Positions 20,173 to 30,585 of a stretch of 57,257 bases of DNA are shown here, in pieces. The notes under the pieces are model-generated. The model saw nothing but the letters and a program-made list of their open reading frames with translations. It made no database searches and was not told where the DNA came from. Source of the DNA: an uncultured virus (IMG/VR IMGVR_UViG_3300034110_000988). Taxonomy: Duplodnaviria > Heunggongvirae > Uroviricota > Caudoviricetes. Every line of letters begins with the position of its first letter. The stretch's first letter is position 1. The stretch is taken from IMG/VR virus record IMGVR_UViG_3300034110_000988. One strand, 5' to 3'. The translations under genes and the position numbers were made by a program.

Positions 20173-20658
20173 ATGAGCGAAAATTTCTGGTCTAACCTAT
20201 GCACGTTGACTACAATTATCAATAAAAATTTTGATGAAAGCCACGCACTCATTAGAAACTATATTTTGACTCGAACTAAAACAGAACCTTCTCTTGTTGA
20301 TGGTGAACTCAAATTGATGTTTAACACAAACAAGGCTCTTAAAGCAGATTTTGAATCCATCGTTAGAAAGTATCATTCTCAAATGACCGAACTAACTGTT
20401 GATAATGTTAAAGTTAGCGAAAGCGAAATGGCTGCATTTAATAAAGCTTGCGACGTTCAGCAGGAAAAACTTAAAGCTCAAAAACAACAGCTTATTTTTT
20501 TGGGGGCTTCTGAAAAAACGCTTCAACTTTTTGACAATGACGTTAATGAATGGTTAGTTTTCCAATCAGAATTTCATGACTATATCAAAAATCTTAAATT
20601 CTCATCTATACGAATTCAAGGTGAACAAATTACAAAACGGTGGATGGTTTGTGTTTAA
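20173..20658 (+). CDS. helical hypothetical protein
   Basis: AAGGA SD, TATAAT promoter. Confidence 0.8.
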   Translation: MSENFWSNLCTLTTIINKNFDESHALIRNYILTRTKTEPSLVDGELKLMFNTNKALKADFESIVRKYHSQMTELTVDNVKVSESEMAAFNKACDVQQEKLKAQKQQLIFLGASEKTLQLFDNDVNEWLVFQSEFHDYIKNLKFSSIRIQGEQITKRWMVCV

Positions 20659-21052
20659 CCAAGCTCTTGATTACAGCTTAAAAAAATCAGGCAAGGGTGG
20701 CTTGCATGCCATCTTTTCTGATTCGGCATTTGAATATGAAGTTTATGTTCAAGATGATTCTGTTGATCAACGTTTCTTGACTGTATCTATTATTGCTGGA
20801 TCTAATGGGCTTGAAAAGAATGATGACTTAACTGGATTTGGAAAGCCAATTCCAGTATTATCAACCACAATTAAGATCCTGTTAGAACACTTGAAAATTC
20901 ATGGAACTCGACCAGTTAGGCTACTGGCTGTTGATGAACCCCGCTGTCAATTGTATTACAATATCTCTCGAAAAATCTTTTCTGACTGGCATATATGTGT
21001 AGCTGGAAATAATGTAATTTGTTTACCGTTGTCTTATTTTGAAAAAGAATAG
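20651..21052 (+). CDS. hypothetical protein
   Basis: Probable GTG start overlapping the upstream stop; start uncertain. Confidence 0.65.
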   Translation: MFNQALDYSLKKSGKGGLHAIFSDSAFEYEVYVQDDSVDQRFLTVSIIAGSNGLEKNDDLTGFGKPIPVLSTTIKILLEHLKIHGTRPVRLLAVDEPRCQLYYNISRKIFSDWHICVAGNNVICLPLSYFEKE

Positions 21053-21151
21053 AATAAAATCACGTATTTTTTAATGTTTGATGGATTTTCTTTTCTTTTA
21101 CCTTTTGTTGTGGTATACTTACTTTGTCAAACAGATAAAGGAAACTCTATT

Positions 21152-21337
21152 ATGCACGCTTATGGTCACTCCCGTCATGACAAAATCCAATGCAAATATG
21201 GTTGCTGCACCCTGAAATCCGGCAAAGCTAAAAATTGCCGTAGCCTCGTAGACCGAGCCAACCGCAAAACTGCTCGCCAGTCCGGTGTCAAAGAAATCAC
21301 CGTTCGTATCCGTGAATCCTTGGTGGTTGAGGATTAA
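21152..21337 (+). CDS. small basic Cys-containing protein
   Basis: AAGGA SD; CKYGCC, RANRKTARQ. Confidence 0.8.
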   Translation: MHAYGHSRHDKIQCKYGCCTLKSGKAKNCRSLVDRANRKTARQSGVKEITVRIRESLVVED

Positions 21338-21339
21338 TC

Positions 21340-21711
21340 TTGGATATTGACTTCATCGTTAGTCATATACATCAAACTCTGACCGATGATCTGTTGAAGC
21401 CTGTTTATCGCCAGATGACAGACAGGCATTTGACCACTGGGCATTGCTATGCCGCTTCTGAAGCAGCGTTTCATCTTCTTGGTGGTAGTCAACACTGGAT
21501 GTCGTTTTGTGGCCGTGATGACACTGGTGGCACACATTGGTGGCTGAAAAACAAATCGTCTGGTGAGTTACTTGATGTTACGTCTCAACAATTTACTCAT
21601 TTTGGTAAAACACCACCCTATTCCAATGGCCGTCCGGTTGGATTCCTTACTAAACTCCCTAGTAAACGTGCGGTTGTGATTATCGAACGATTAAAGGCGT
21701 TGAAAATTTAA
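21340..21711 (+). CDS. putative papain/transglutaminase-like fold protein
   Basis: GHCYAASE...THWWL...LDVT gives a Cys-His-Asp order. Confidence 0.55.
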   Translation: MDIDFIVSHIHQTLTDDLLKPVYRQMTDRHLTTGHCYAASEAAFHLLGGSQHWMSFCGRDDTGGTHWWLKNKSSGELLDVTSQQFTHFGKTPPYSNGRPVGFLTKLPSKRAVVIIERLKALKI

Positions 21712-21757
21712 TTTCATCATGGTATAATTATGGCATACTCAGCAGAGATTTGATGCC

Positions 21758-22036
21758 ATGAAAATTATTAAACGCATTCAACAAGCCATTCATGATTACA
21801 AAAACCCTTCGGACTCAAAACTGTTTGCAAAAGCAGCCAAGCTGTATGATTTTTATGCAAGCTACTATACTTTGCAACACACTCGACGTGGTTTTCTTGA
21901 GGCGGCTGAACGAAAACAAGCAATGTTTGCTCGCCTTGAAGCTATCCGTAATATGGCCGCGAATGAGGCTCGAACCCAAGAACTTAAAGCGACGATTGTC
22001 GATTTCAAAAAAATCAACAAAATTGGATTTCGTTAA
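21758..22036 (+). CDS. basic hypothetical protein, tandem paralog 1
   Basis: KNPSDSKLFAKAAKLYD. Confidence 0.85.
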   Translation: MKIIKRIQQAIHDYKNPSDSKLFAKAAKLYDFYASYYTLQHTRRGFLEAAERKQAMFARLEAIRNMAANEARTQELKATIVDFKKINKIGFR

Positions 22037-22057
22037 TTCATACAGAGAGAATTTGAT

Positions 22058-22354
22058 ATGAATGTGTTTAAATGGTTTGAACAAGTGATGCATAACCACA
22101 AGAATCCATCAGATTCAAAATTGTTTGCATATGCGAAAAAGCTCTATGATGTTTATGTTCAAGATCATGTGCGTTATCACAACCATTACAAAAATAAAGT
22201 ATTTGGCTACGATAAAGCCATTGCTACTCGTGATGAAATGTATGCGACACTTTGTTCTATTGGGATTATCCCTGTTGGATCTGAACGCACTCAAAAACTG
22301 AAAGATACCGTCAAACGGTTTAAAGAAATCAACCGTAATGGTTTAAACAATTAA
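22058..22354 (+). CDS. basic hypothetical protein, tandem paralog 2
   Basis: KNPSDSKLFAYAKKLYD. Confidence 0.85.
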   Translation: MNVFKWFEQVMHNHKNPSDSKLFAYAKKLYDVYVQDHVRYHNHYKNKVFGYDKAIATRDEMYATLCSIGIIPVGSERTQKLKDTVKRFKEINRNGLNN

Positions 22355-22371
22355 TTAATAAAGGATAAAAA

Positions 22372-22638
22372 ATGAAACTACTTAACGTTCTCAATAGAAT
22401 TGGGAAAAACAACGAAAAACGTTTGCTGTCGAAAGCTAATGGTCTTTGCAATCGTTATTGCAACAACATTCATCTTCGCAAGCCGCTGGTATCGTATGAC
22501 CTTGCTGAAACCACCAGCCAAATCATGAACGACATTCTGGGGTCTGTTGCTGCTATGCCATCTGGCCCAGCAAAAGTTTCTGAACTCAAAGACTTGATCG
22601 GAATTGCTCAGAGAACCATCAAAAAAGATCTAAAGTAG
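22372..22638 (+). CDS. basic hypothetical protein, probable distant paralog 3
   Basis: AAGGA SD; NEKRLLSKANGL. Confidence 0.75.
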   Translation: MKLLNVLNRIGKNNEKRLLSKANGLCNRYCNNIHLRKPLVSYDLAETTSQIMNDILGSVAAMPSGPAKVSELKDLIGIAQRTIKKDLK

Positions 22639-22698
22639 TGGTCATTTCTTAGTTTTTTTGGTATAATGGGTTCACTTAATCAATAGGAAGAACCCAAA

Positions 22699-23124
22699 AT
22701 GACGACCCATGCAGAAATCCTGAAAGCCTTGGCTACCAACGCAATCGAACGCATCGAATCGACAAAACGCACGCTTTGCAGCATGCCCGGTGTTGTGGAC
22801 ACTTCGCTTATTGAACCGTTTTATGACACAAAAATCGAAGCCATTCAAAAATTCATTAAAGCTCTTTCTTTTTCCAACGAAATTGATGTTGAGCTTTGTG
22901 AAATTCTGGACAAGGCCGATTATGTGTTGACTGCAGAAGCTCTGGATAACGAAGTCAAAGAGTTCTCGGCGGCTATCACCAAACTGCACCACTTCAACAT
23001 CAGCACACCTGTTGACCCAGCAAAACCAGAAGAAGACAAAGTAAAAGTGTTCTTTGACCAACAATGGGCGATGATCGAAGCCAAAGTGGCTTTCTACGAC
23101 CTTTACAACAAGGTTCGTTTCTAA
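22699..23124 (+). CDS. hypothetical protein
   Basis: TGGTATAAT promoter, AGGA SD. Confidence 0.85.
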   Translation: MTTHAEILKALATNAIERIESTKRTLCSMPGVVDTSLIEPFYDTKIEAIQKFIKALSFSNEIDVELCEILDKADYVLTAEALDNEVKEFSAAITKLHHFNISTPVDPAKPEEDKVKVFFDQQWAMIEAKVAFYDLYNKVRF

Positions 23125-23199
23125 TCTATATTCCTTGAATAAAGATAAAAAAGACCACCTCACGGTGGTTTTTTATTGTCTTCATTATGTTGATGTTGA

Positions 23200-24018
23200 T
23201 TAAATCTCCATCATATCATGAACGATTCGAAGATCTTTAACATCAGTGTAATCAGTCTCATAAATATGATTATAAATTCTTAAAAAGCTTTGTTCTACGT
23301 CATCATATTTAAACCTCTCTTTGGCATTAAAGACGGTTCGATACATTATTTCTTCTTCTTTTGTTTTAGATGATCGAATTAATATACCCATATCGGTTAC
23401 AGCTATATAAATCCAGCCCAAAGATACAGTAACCATTGCCCCTTCAGACGTGGATTTAATGATGGCAGTTATATTACCCATTGTGTGTTTCTTAATGGGA
23501 TCTTCATAGATTGTTTTTAGGTAAGAAAACTTCTTGACTAGTGTTTTTTCATCAAATAAGAGTTTGTCTATATAGTCTAGATATTTGTAGAACTTCTGCT
23601 TTTTCGAAACATCACTAAAGTTCTTTTCATAGAACCAGCTATTGGATGTTTCTTCAAATTTATGTCTAATTTGATTATCAATAGTTTGATGAATATCTTT
23701 ATCGTTTGTATATTCATACAGTGAAAAATTATAAGTAATATAACTGACTGGCACGTTGCCTTGTTCACAGATAAAGGGATAACTTTTTTCTAACTCAATA
23801 TCAAGACTTCGATCATCCAAGGCAAAAGAGATGCCTGTTTCATAATCACCACCATTGATGTTGATTAAGTCATCTGCCAATAAATCCAGTAACCGAACGA
23901 GATAGGTTTTATAGGATTTATTTAAAAATCGACCAACACATTCGACATCAACATTTTTTAGTCTGCTGATGGCGTAAGTGTCTCTCAATCTTGTTTGCAG
24001 AACCAATGGTTCATTCAT
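23200..24018 (-). CDS. hypothetical protein, C-terminal tag family
   Basis: 272-aa ORF with AGGTGG SD; ends DVKDLRIVHDMMEI. Confidence 0.85.
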   Translation of the reverse strand: MNEPLVLQTRLRDTYAISRLKNVDVECVGRFLNKSYKTYLVRLLDLLADDLININGGDYETGISFALDDRSLDIELEKSYPFICEQGNVPVSYITYNFSLYEYTNDKDIHQTIDNQIRHKFEETSNSWFYEKNFSDVSKKQKFYKYLDYIDKLLFDEKTLVKKFSYLKTIYEDPIKKHTMGNITAIIKSTSEGAMVTVSLGWIYIAVTDMGILIRSSKTKEEEIMYRTVFNAKERFKYDDVEQSFLRIYNHIYETDYTDVKDLRIVHDMMEI

Positions 24019-24166
24019 TATCTTTTTACCACCTATAAAAAAAAACGGTTAGACATTTGTTCAGATTATATCATTTATTCACTGTTTTGACCATCTGTTT
24101 TTTAGCTTTCGTTTCTACTGCTGTTGTGCTATAATGAAGCTTCAAAACATAACATTTAGGTGATTT

Positions 24167-24559
24167 ATGCTTAAAACAATGCGAATGATAGCCATCCATA
24201 TTGCAATGGTTTCAATTATTTTGTCTATTGTGTCTTTCGTCAACTATTACCTTCTGGATAATGGCATGGGAGAAGGTGTATATTCCGCTACTCTGGCCGC
24301 TTCTCTTTTTCTTCAATCGGTTTTAGCTGTTAATATGTTTTGCATGCTGGATAATGTGGATATGCCTCTAAATGAATTGGTCGATCTCAATGCGGCTAAT
24401 ATGTATCTGATTGGCTTCATTCTGGTGAGTATGATAACCCTTGCTATCACGTTTAATGCTAATTTTCTGGTGATGTTGCTTTGTATGTCGGGGAATGGCC
24501 TATTGAGTCACCTTATTTGTAAAAAAGCTAAGTCATCTGCACATGGTAAGACGAAATAG
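24167..24559 (+). CDS. four-TM membrane protein
   Basis: Hydrophobic segments; AGGTG SD. Confidence 0.8.
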   Translation: MLKTMRMIAIHIAMVSIILSIVSFVNYYLLDNGMGEGVYSATLAASLFLQSVLAVNMFCMLDNVDMPLNELVDLNAANMYLIGFILVSMITLAITFNANFLVMLLCMSGNGLLSHLICKKAKSSAHGKTK

Positions 24560-24638
24560 CAGCATTAAAATATTAAATTTGTTTACAAAAGCCTTGATTT
24601 TTGGTATAATTAGACCATCTTAAAAGGGTATTATCGTT

Positions 24639-25364
24639 ATGTCTAAAATCAATAGTAGCAAAAGTAATGGCACCTTGTTCGAGCAGATAGGCTTGGCGTT
24701 CATCGCAGCAGCCGGTCAGCCTTACTTTGCCAATAACGGCTACATCGCCACTTCCGACGCAGACATTGCTCGTTGGGTGGAGAATGATTATGACTTGTTC
24801 ACCAAATACCTCAAACCAGATGGTTTTTATCGCGGTTGGGGTGTTCAAGGTAAAATCCACATAGGTAACATCCGCATTGATCCAGACTTCTTTGATATGG
24901 CGACTGGCAGCATTTTCGAGTTCAAATATCAGGAAAGCAATGGTTCGATGGTTGAAAAACTCTACAAAAATTTCTTGACCTATCAAGCCCTGAAAGATCC
25001 TTCTTTCATTGTTCATCATGGTGTTGGTTTCAGCGAGCGTTTTTTCGCTTGCCTGAATGAACATCGCCAGTTCATGAAACACCCTGATTTGACCCAGTTC
25101 ATTACGTTTAACCAGTTCATCCAAGAAAAACTTAGTTTGAATATTGATGTTAGCAATTCGCACATGTCCATTGCCACTGATAAAACAGCTACTTCTGCTG
25201 TTCGTCGCAAGCATGTTAAGTTAAAGGATTACGTTGAACGTGTTGTTTATGACACGAAAAGCAACAAGGAAATTGCTCGTTTCAAAACACTGCAACTTCT
25301 TGAAGACGCATCCAACGATGGCTTCAAGGATGACAATTTCTTTAAAAAATGCTCTTTCAACTAA
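24639..25364 (+). CDS. PD-(D/E)XK superfamily nuclease, related to 3739
   Basis: GTLFEQ...IDPDF...FEFKYQESNGSMVEKL. Confidence 0.7.
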   Translation: MSKINSSKSNGTLFEQIGLAFIAAAGQPYFANNGYIATSDADIARWVENDYDLFTKYLKPDGFYRGWGVQGKIHIGNIRIDPDFFDMATGSIFEFKYQESNGSMVEKLYKNFLTYQALKDPSFIVHHGVGFSERFFACLNEHRQFMKHPDLTQFITFNQFIQEKLSLNIDVSNSHMSIATDKTATSAVRRKHVKLKDYVERVVYDTKSNKEIARFKTLQLLEDASNDGFKDDNFFKKCSFN

Positions 25365-25376
25365 TTAGGAACCCTT

Positions 25377-25667
25377 ATGACCGATTTGCAAACTACTGAC
25401 CTCATTCAAAACCCTTTCATGAAAGTCAATAAAGGGCTTGAAATTGTAGGGAACTGGCCCAAACACATTCGTGCTCTGGCCGAAGGGACTGTTCAAGAAG
25501 AACTTCGTTGTGCATGCTTCTATTACATTCACAAGAAAACCCCAAAACTGCAGTCTGAAATCATGACCGATGATATTACAGCCGGTATTATCAATGTTAT
25601 TCATATCATTCAAGAACTGGTCAATGAAATTACTGGTACCACTCAACATCCAGTTGTGGTAGAATAA
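25377..25667 (+). CDS. hypothetical protein
   Basis: AGGA SD, operon position. Confidence 0.75.
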   Translation: MTDLQTTDLIQNPFMKVNKGLEIVGNWPKHIRALAEGTVQEELRCACFYYIHKKTPKLQSEIMTDDITAGIINVIHIIQELVNEITGTTQHPVVVE

Positions 25668-25698
25668 CTCAACTTAAACAACACAGCGAGAATTTAAA

Positions 25699-26076
25699 AT
25701 GGAATTGACTCAAAAAGCAATTCGAATTTCTAACGAAGCTCAAGAATCTGTCCTTGCTGCTCAAAAGACATATCAACGGACGAAAGAACTGATTCGTGAA
25801 GCTCTGGCAGTAGAATATCCACTCAGTTCGTTGGTAGGTAAAGACTATATTTATACGCGGGCTATGTGGGGCGAACCGAACAAGGGCGTAACCGACGAAA
25901 ACTACCTGAAACAACATGAACATATGCAAGCCTACCAGCTTGAATTTGGCTCCAATCCTGATAGTTATCTGGGTTTTGAGCCGGGTGCTGTTTATGCGTG
26001 TTACGTGGTGCTGGAAGAAGATACGACTTGGGAAAATGAAGAATTTTGGGAATTGCTGTTCATCAAAATCAATTAA
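25699..26076 (+). CDS. hypothetical protein
   Basis: ORF, terminator follows. Confidence 0.8.
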   Translation: MELTQKAIRISNEAQESVLAAQKTYQRTKELIREALAVEYPLSSLVGKDYIYTRAMWGEPNKGVTDENYLKQHEHMQAYQLEFGSNPDSYLGFEPGAVYACYVVLEEDTTWENEEFWELLFIKIN

Positions 26077-26174
26077 AAGCAACATTACTGAAAAAGCATC
26101 CTTCCGGGTGCTTTTTTGCTGTTTATTTTCGACATTTATGCTAAAATAGCTTATCTTTATTTAAGGAGTTTTTT

Positions 26175-26669
26175 ATGGCTGAGCATCCGATTCTTTCGCT
26201 TGTCGTTTTTTTGTTGATTTTGTTGGCAGTCGTTACTTATCTACCGACAAAGAAAGAGCAGTTAGAAACAGGTCGTTGGGTTGACTTTACTGATGCCTAC
26301 AAAGACATGATGTCCAGACTGACGCAATCGGCTTTGCAATATGCTGATCCTATGGGTGGGCGTCATCTGATTTATCGTCATCTTGATCGGAACGCCATTG
26401 TTAATGGCAAGCGTATTGATGGTGAGACAGTTAGCATCAAGTTTATGTTGAAAGCCTTTGGTGATGGGCGACAAGAAATCCATGCGTATACTCAGTGCCA
26501 TTATGGTAAACCAGAATTTAGTGGTGGTGAAGTTTTTCAAAACTACAATATCACTGAACATCAGTTTGAAGCGAATGCCTACGAATTTGAAAAACTATGG
26601 AAACAAATTCTAGAGTTTCATTTTTCGGTTAAACTTGATGGAATCACTGATAAAATCAAGTTAGTTTAA
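26175..26669 (+). CDS. N-terminally anchored membrane protein
   Basis: AAGGAG SD; ILSLVVFLLILLAVVTYL. Confidence 0.85.
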   Translation: MAEHPILSLVVFLLILLAVVTYLPTKKEQLETGRWVDFTDAYKDMMSRLTQSALQYADPMGGRHLIYRHLDRNAIVNGKRIDGETVSIKFMLKAFGDGRQEIHAYTQCHYGKPEFSGGEVFQNYNITEHQFEANAYEFEKLWKQILEFHFSVKLDGITDKIKLV

Positions 26670-26756
26670 TTTTTCGCTTAAAAAACATCCTACGGGGTGT
26701 TTTTTTTGCTTATTTTAAACTTATATGTTATTATCAAACATTATTGGAGAAAACTC

Positions 26757-26966
26757 ATGTCAGGCATAATATTACGAGTGGTTAAAAATGGTTCCTTTGG
26801 TTCGGTTGATACCTTTAAAATTCAAGAACGCAAGTTTTTTTTCTGGTTTGATTATAAAGAATCGGGTGTTGTTCGAACGTTTGATAGTATCGTAATGGCA
26901 AATATGTATGCACAGCTCAAAGCTCGTGCAATGAAGGGATCTTTTGTCTTTCAAGGTAAAAAGTAA
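26757..26966 (+). CDS. small hypothetical protein
   Basis: GGAG SD; FKIQERKFFFWF. Confidence 0.75.
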   Translation: MSGIILRVVKNGSFGSVDTFKIQERKFFFWFDYKESGVVRTFDSIVMANMYAQLKARAMKGSFVFQGKK

Positions 26967-27000
26967 TGTGCTATAATTAATCATCATTACGGAGCTAGCT

Positions 27001-27501
27001 ATGAAGTACATTAAAATTCAAGATACTGTTGTTGTGTTTGATGAACTGACCAATCATGGTTTCATGGCCCGTTTGCTTAGCGAACATGGTGAAGTTCAAA
27101 CAGCCGGTTTCGTTAAACTGTTCCCAACGGCTGACAACACCATTCGTCACAGTGTCAGTGGTCGTAGTAGCACATTGAAAATCGACTCCAATCCATCTAT
27201 TGATAAGGTTATTGTTCAAGAACATTTTAACATGTCGCCGGATAGTCCAGTGAACTTTATCGCCTATGAAGACACTCTTATCCTGTTTCCTATGAATTGT
27301 GCCTTTGATATTGTGGCCGAAATGAAAGCTATCTGGCCGGGAGCGGATTTTGTTCATGGTCAAGTGTCTTTCACTACGGTTGAAACTGATGATTTCCGTT
27401 TCGAGTCAGGTTACAGAGCTATTCCAGCATTCTCTAATCTTGTTGGCACGGTTACTGAAGCAACGAAGTTCACATTTGACTTCAATATTCGGGCGAATTA
27501 A
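27001..27501 (+). CDS. hypothetical protein with internal two-fold repeat
   Basis: YIKIQDTVVVF vs FIAYEDTLILF; GGAG SD. Confidence 0.8.
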   Translation: MKYIKIQDTVVVFDELTNHGFMARLLSEHGEVQTAGFVKLFPTADNTIRHSVSGRSSTLKIDSNPSIDKVIVQEHFNMSPDSPVNFIAYEDTLILFPMNCAFDIVAEMKAIWPGADFVHGQVSFTTVETDDFRFESGYRAIPAFSNLVGTVTEATKFTFDFNIRAN

Positions 27502-27574
27502 TTCACCTTTTGTATTTCAATAATCTTAGTTTTGTGATATAATTAATTCATATTAAATAGACAGGTATCTTGAT

Positions 27575-27850
27575 ATGCCACTTTTCAACATGATTCAGCA
27601 AATTGAAATCAAAACGGTTCAAGATTTTATTAAATCCTCTCCTTTCCTTGTCCGTCCTAAATGTGAACACAATGAGATTGTGCTTGTTCTCTACTTTGAA
27701 GATGCTTATAAAGACCTCATCGAAATTGGTCGTGTTAACAAGCCAACTGAATTCTTTGCAGTCGAAAATATTGGCAATCAAGCCATTGATGAATGGATCG
27801 AAGCCAACCCAGATCAAGTAGCTCCATCAGGTATTTTCAAAAATACTTAA
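27575..27850 (+). CDS. hypothetical protein
   Basis: ORF after TGATATAAT. Confidence 0.75.
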   Translation: MPLFNMIQQIEIKTVQDFIKSSPFLVRPKCEHNEIVLVLYFEDAYKDLIEIGRVNKPTEFFAVENIGNQAIDEWIEANPDQVAPSGIFKNT

Positions 27851-28052
27851 AAAAAAAAATAAGTTTCCACCTTAATCAAACCAGCTTCGGCTGGTTTTTT
27901 GCTGGTTAAAGAAAAAGTTTTGGTTTTACCTATCACTTTAAATACAAATAATTTTCATTTTTTTACTAACAGCGTCTAGTTAAGAATGATTGTTATTCTT
28001 GACAAATACAATTATTATGATAAAGTATGTCCAACAAACAGAGGGTATGTAT

Positions 28053-28406
28053 ATGAAAAATAACAATTTATTAATCGCTGCAGTTTTACCAATTGTTTAT
28101 GGTGCTTACAAATTTTACACCGATAAAACTTTTAAAGAAAAAGTAACTAGCAATTTAGATAAAATCTATCAGTCGGTTGATAACGGAGCACAAAAATTAA
28201 AAAGACGTGCTGGTCACGCAGAAATAGAGCTTAAATCATTTTTTAATGAAGCCTATGATGAACTAAAGCTGACCGATGAGCAAATCGAAGACATTCACGA
28301 TATTTTGACTAATAAAACGTCCGGTGTTGTGAATAGGGTCAAGAAGCTTCTTAACGAAGAACAGAGAAAAATTTATGAATCTTCATTACATACATTGAAA
28401 AAATGA
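28053..28406 (+). CDS. membrane-anchored protein with LTxxQ-like motifs
   Basis: LTDEQ and LNEEQ; N-terminal hydrophobic stretch. Confidence 0.7.
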   Translation: MKNNNLLIAAVLPIVYGAYKFYTDKTFKEKVTSNLDKIYQSVDNGAQKLKRRAGHAEIELKSFFNEAYDELKLTDEQIEDIHDILTNKTSGVVNRVKKLLNEEQRKIYESSLHTLKK

Positions 28407-28515
28407 ATGTTCATATCTAACAAGGTCGTAATACCCTTTTGAACGGCTGTTCATAAACAATTGTATCCATCTACAATTGATTACACACAATAAACTTTCC
28501 TTTGGAGGCAATTCT

Positions 28516-28659
28516 ATGAATACACAACAGAATCAATCTCAACATAAAAATGAACAAGGTAAGCAGAATCTGAAACAACCACAAGGTGGTACTGGCACTA
28601 AACAAACACAGGCAAAACCTGCCGAGAAGGCACAAAGTCCTACTCAAAAACAAAAGTAG
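28516..28659 (+). CDS. Gln/Lys-rich disordered micro-protein, 47 aa
   Basis: GGAGG SD before ATG 28516. Confidence 0.7.
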   Translation: MNTQQNQSQHKNEQGKQNLKQPQGGTGTKQTQAKPAEKAQSPTQKQK

Positions 28660-28805
28660 GACATAAAGCAGCTTTAACCCAATGGCCTTCGGGCCACATT
28701 AACAGCCTAACACTGATTAGGCACCGCAACAAAAATACTATTTGAAATTTCAAATACACAAAAACCCATTAAATTGGGTTTTTTTGTTTTCTGTTCAAAA
28801 AAAGC

Positions 28806-28834
28806 TTTACACATTTGCTACTTTTCGCTATACT
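28806..28834 (+). promoter_or_regulatory. sigma70-type promoter of repeated cassette copy 1
   Basis: TTTACA-17 nt-TATACT. Confidence 0.85.
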
Positions 28835-28869
28835 TCTTCTACACAAACAGAAGGTAACGGAGAAACACA

Positions 28870-29010
28870 ATGTCACAAGTAGCACTCACCAAAGAGCAAG
28901 AAATCGATGCAGCTTACGCCCAAATGAAGGCTCAGGAACAAAAGGATAAAGATTCGGCTTGGAAGCAAGCTGACAAAGAACTGGGTCATCAGCAGAAGTC
29001 CTCGGTTTAA
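28870..29010 (+). CDS. micro-protein copy 1, 46 aa (not in ORF track)
   Basis: MSQVALTKEQEIDAAYAQMKAQEQKDKDSAWKQADKELGHQQKSSV; GGAG SD. Confidence 0.9.
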   Translation: MSQVALTKEQEIDAAYAQMKAQEQKDKDSAWKQADKELGHQQKSSV

Positions 29011-29103
29011 TACTGATCACAAAGAAAGCGGCCTTCAGGTCGCTTTTTTCTTGCCTAAAATCTATGTTTTTGGTATAATAGTCCTCTAATTCAGGAGTTT
29101 TCT

Positions 29104-29838
29104 ATGACCATTGACCCGATTTACAAGAGTGAATACTCAGACAGTCTGTTGAAGATGTCGTATACCTTTGCAATGGAAGGTCATGCTTCTGTTATCTCTT
29201 TGCGTGAGGGTGATTTAGTCGCCTTCATGAAGCAATATACACCCGAAATTGATGTGGATGCTTATCAAGATGCATCGCTGAAAAAGATGGTTAACGATCA
29301 GCGTTATCATCTTCAGGTGAAAGTTCGCTACAATCTAGACAAGGTTATTGAACCTGTGTTCTGTGTTGGGCTTTACGACATGTCCTTTTCGGATGATGAT
29401 TTTTATGCCGTTGACGGATTTAAAGATTTTGTAGCAGGTGACAATTTTCCTGCATTCTTTGACGTAGCTGAAAAGATTGTTGAAAATTTGTATACAGATG
29501 GAGCTTTGTATATCACTCGTAAGATTGATTTCAAAGACCGCTTCTGGTCATTTGAGCAAGGGGCTGTTTGTGAAACCAGTTTTCATTCACTGGTGTTGAA
29601 GGATGCTGCAATCCAAGCCATTGCCCAACATATTCGTCAGGATGTTGAACTCAATGGGGCTGGCACATTGGCGAAAGCTGAAAAATCGGCTAACACGTAT
29701 TATATGCCTATGTCGTTTGAGAGCTTCAAAGAACAATGGCCGGTTGATTTAGAGCTTTTAAAATCCAGCGATTTGAGTTATAATACGTTCAGAAACTTCC
29801 TTCAAAAATACAACCTTAACACGATAAAAGAGGTCTAA
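29104..29838 (+). CDS. hypothetical protein, paralog of next gene
   Basis: DLVAFMKQYTPEIDVDAY...VRYNLD...YDMSFSDDD. Confidence 0.85.
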   Translation: MTIDPIYKSEYSDSLLKMSYTFAMEGHASVISLREGDLVAFMKQYTPEIDVDAYQDASLKKMVNDQRYHLQVKVRYNLDKVIEPVFCVGLYDMSFSDDDFYAVDGFKDFVAGDNFPAFFDVAEKIVENLYTDGALYITRKIDFKDRFWSFEQGAVCETSFHSLVLKDAAIQAIAQHIRQDVELNGAGTLAKAEKSANTYYMPMSFESFKEQWPVDLELLKSSDLSYNTFRNFLQKYNLNTIKEV

Positions 29839-29839
29839 A

Positions 29840-30580
29840 ATGCATATTGGAAAACAACTTCAAGTTCCTTATGTGGTTGAAATTGCAGAACTCAGCTATT
29901 CGATTTCGTTGAAGAATGGTTGTTCTGTTAAAATCAGCGGGCCTGATCTCATTAATTTCATGGAGCGTTATGTCCCTGATATTGATATGACGCCTTACGC
30001 CGATTTTGCCACTCAGTATCGGAAACGCAGTCAGGCGATTGATTTGCTTTACGCTATTCGGTATGTACTTGACCCTATCACTCAGCCATATCTCTATTCT
30101 CAGATGTATGAGCAGTCTTTTGACATGGATGATGATAGCAGTGACCGTCCACGTTATGAAGAACTGAAAGCCACTGACATGGATAACCTGTTGGGGTCGC
30201 TTGCGGCTTTCTACAATAGCGTGAAAACGGGTGAGAAAGAAAAGTTTCTTCCCATTGCTCAACTCTCTGGTGATGGGGCTTGCAAATGGTCGTTTAATGG
30301 TGATGTAATGACCTTGGCCGATGATGATTCGGTGATTACGTTGACTGAAAGTTCAGTTGCCTACTTGATCAACCATTTTCGCAATGACTTCATTGTTAAT
30401 GGTCAAGAAAACCTGCAAGCCAGCAGCAATGGCAAAATAGACTTTGACAAATATGTTTCACTGGACTATTTCCTTGAAAACTTTGAACGTGACATTGCGA
30501 AGTTCAAAGCAGATGGTATGACCTATGAAGGTTTTGTTGACTTCCTTTTGGCCTACAAAATCTGCGAAAAATACGAATAA
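29840..30580 (+). CDS. hypothetical protein, paralog of previous gene
   Basis: DLINFMERYVPDIDMTPY...IRYVLD...YEQSFDMDD. Confidence 0.85.
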   Translation: MHIGKQLQVPYVVEIAELSYSISLKNGCSVKISGPDLINFMERYVPDIDMTPYADFATQYRKRSQAIDLLYAIRYVLDPITQPYLYSQMYEQSFDMDDDSSDRPRYEELKATDMDNLLGSLAAFYNSVKTGEKEKFLPIAQLSGDGACKWSFNGDVMTLADDDSVITLTESSVAYLINHFRNDFIVNGQENLQASSNGKIDFDKYVSLDYFLENFERDIAKFKADGMTYEGFVDFLLAYKICEKYE

Positions 30581-30585
30581 AAAGC

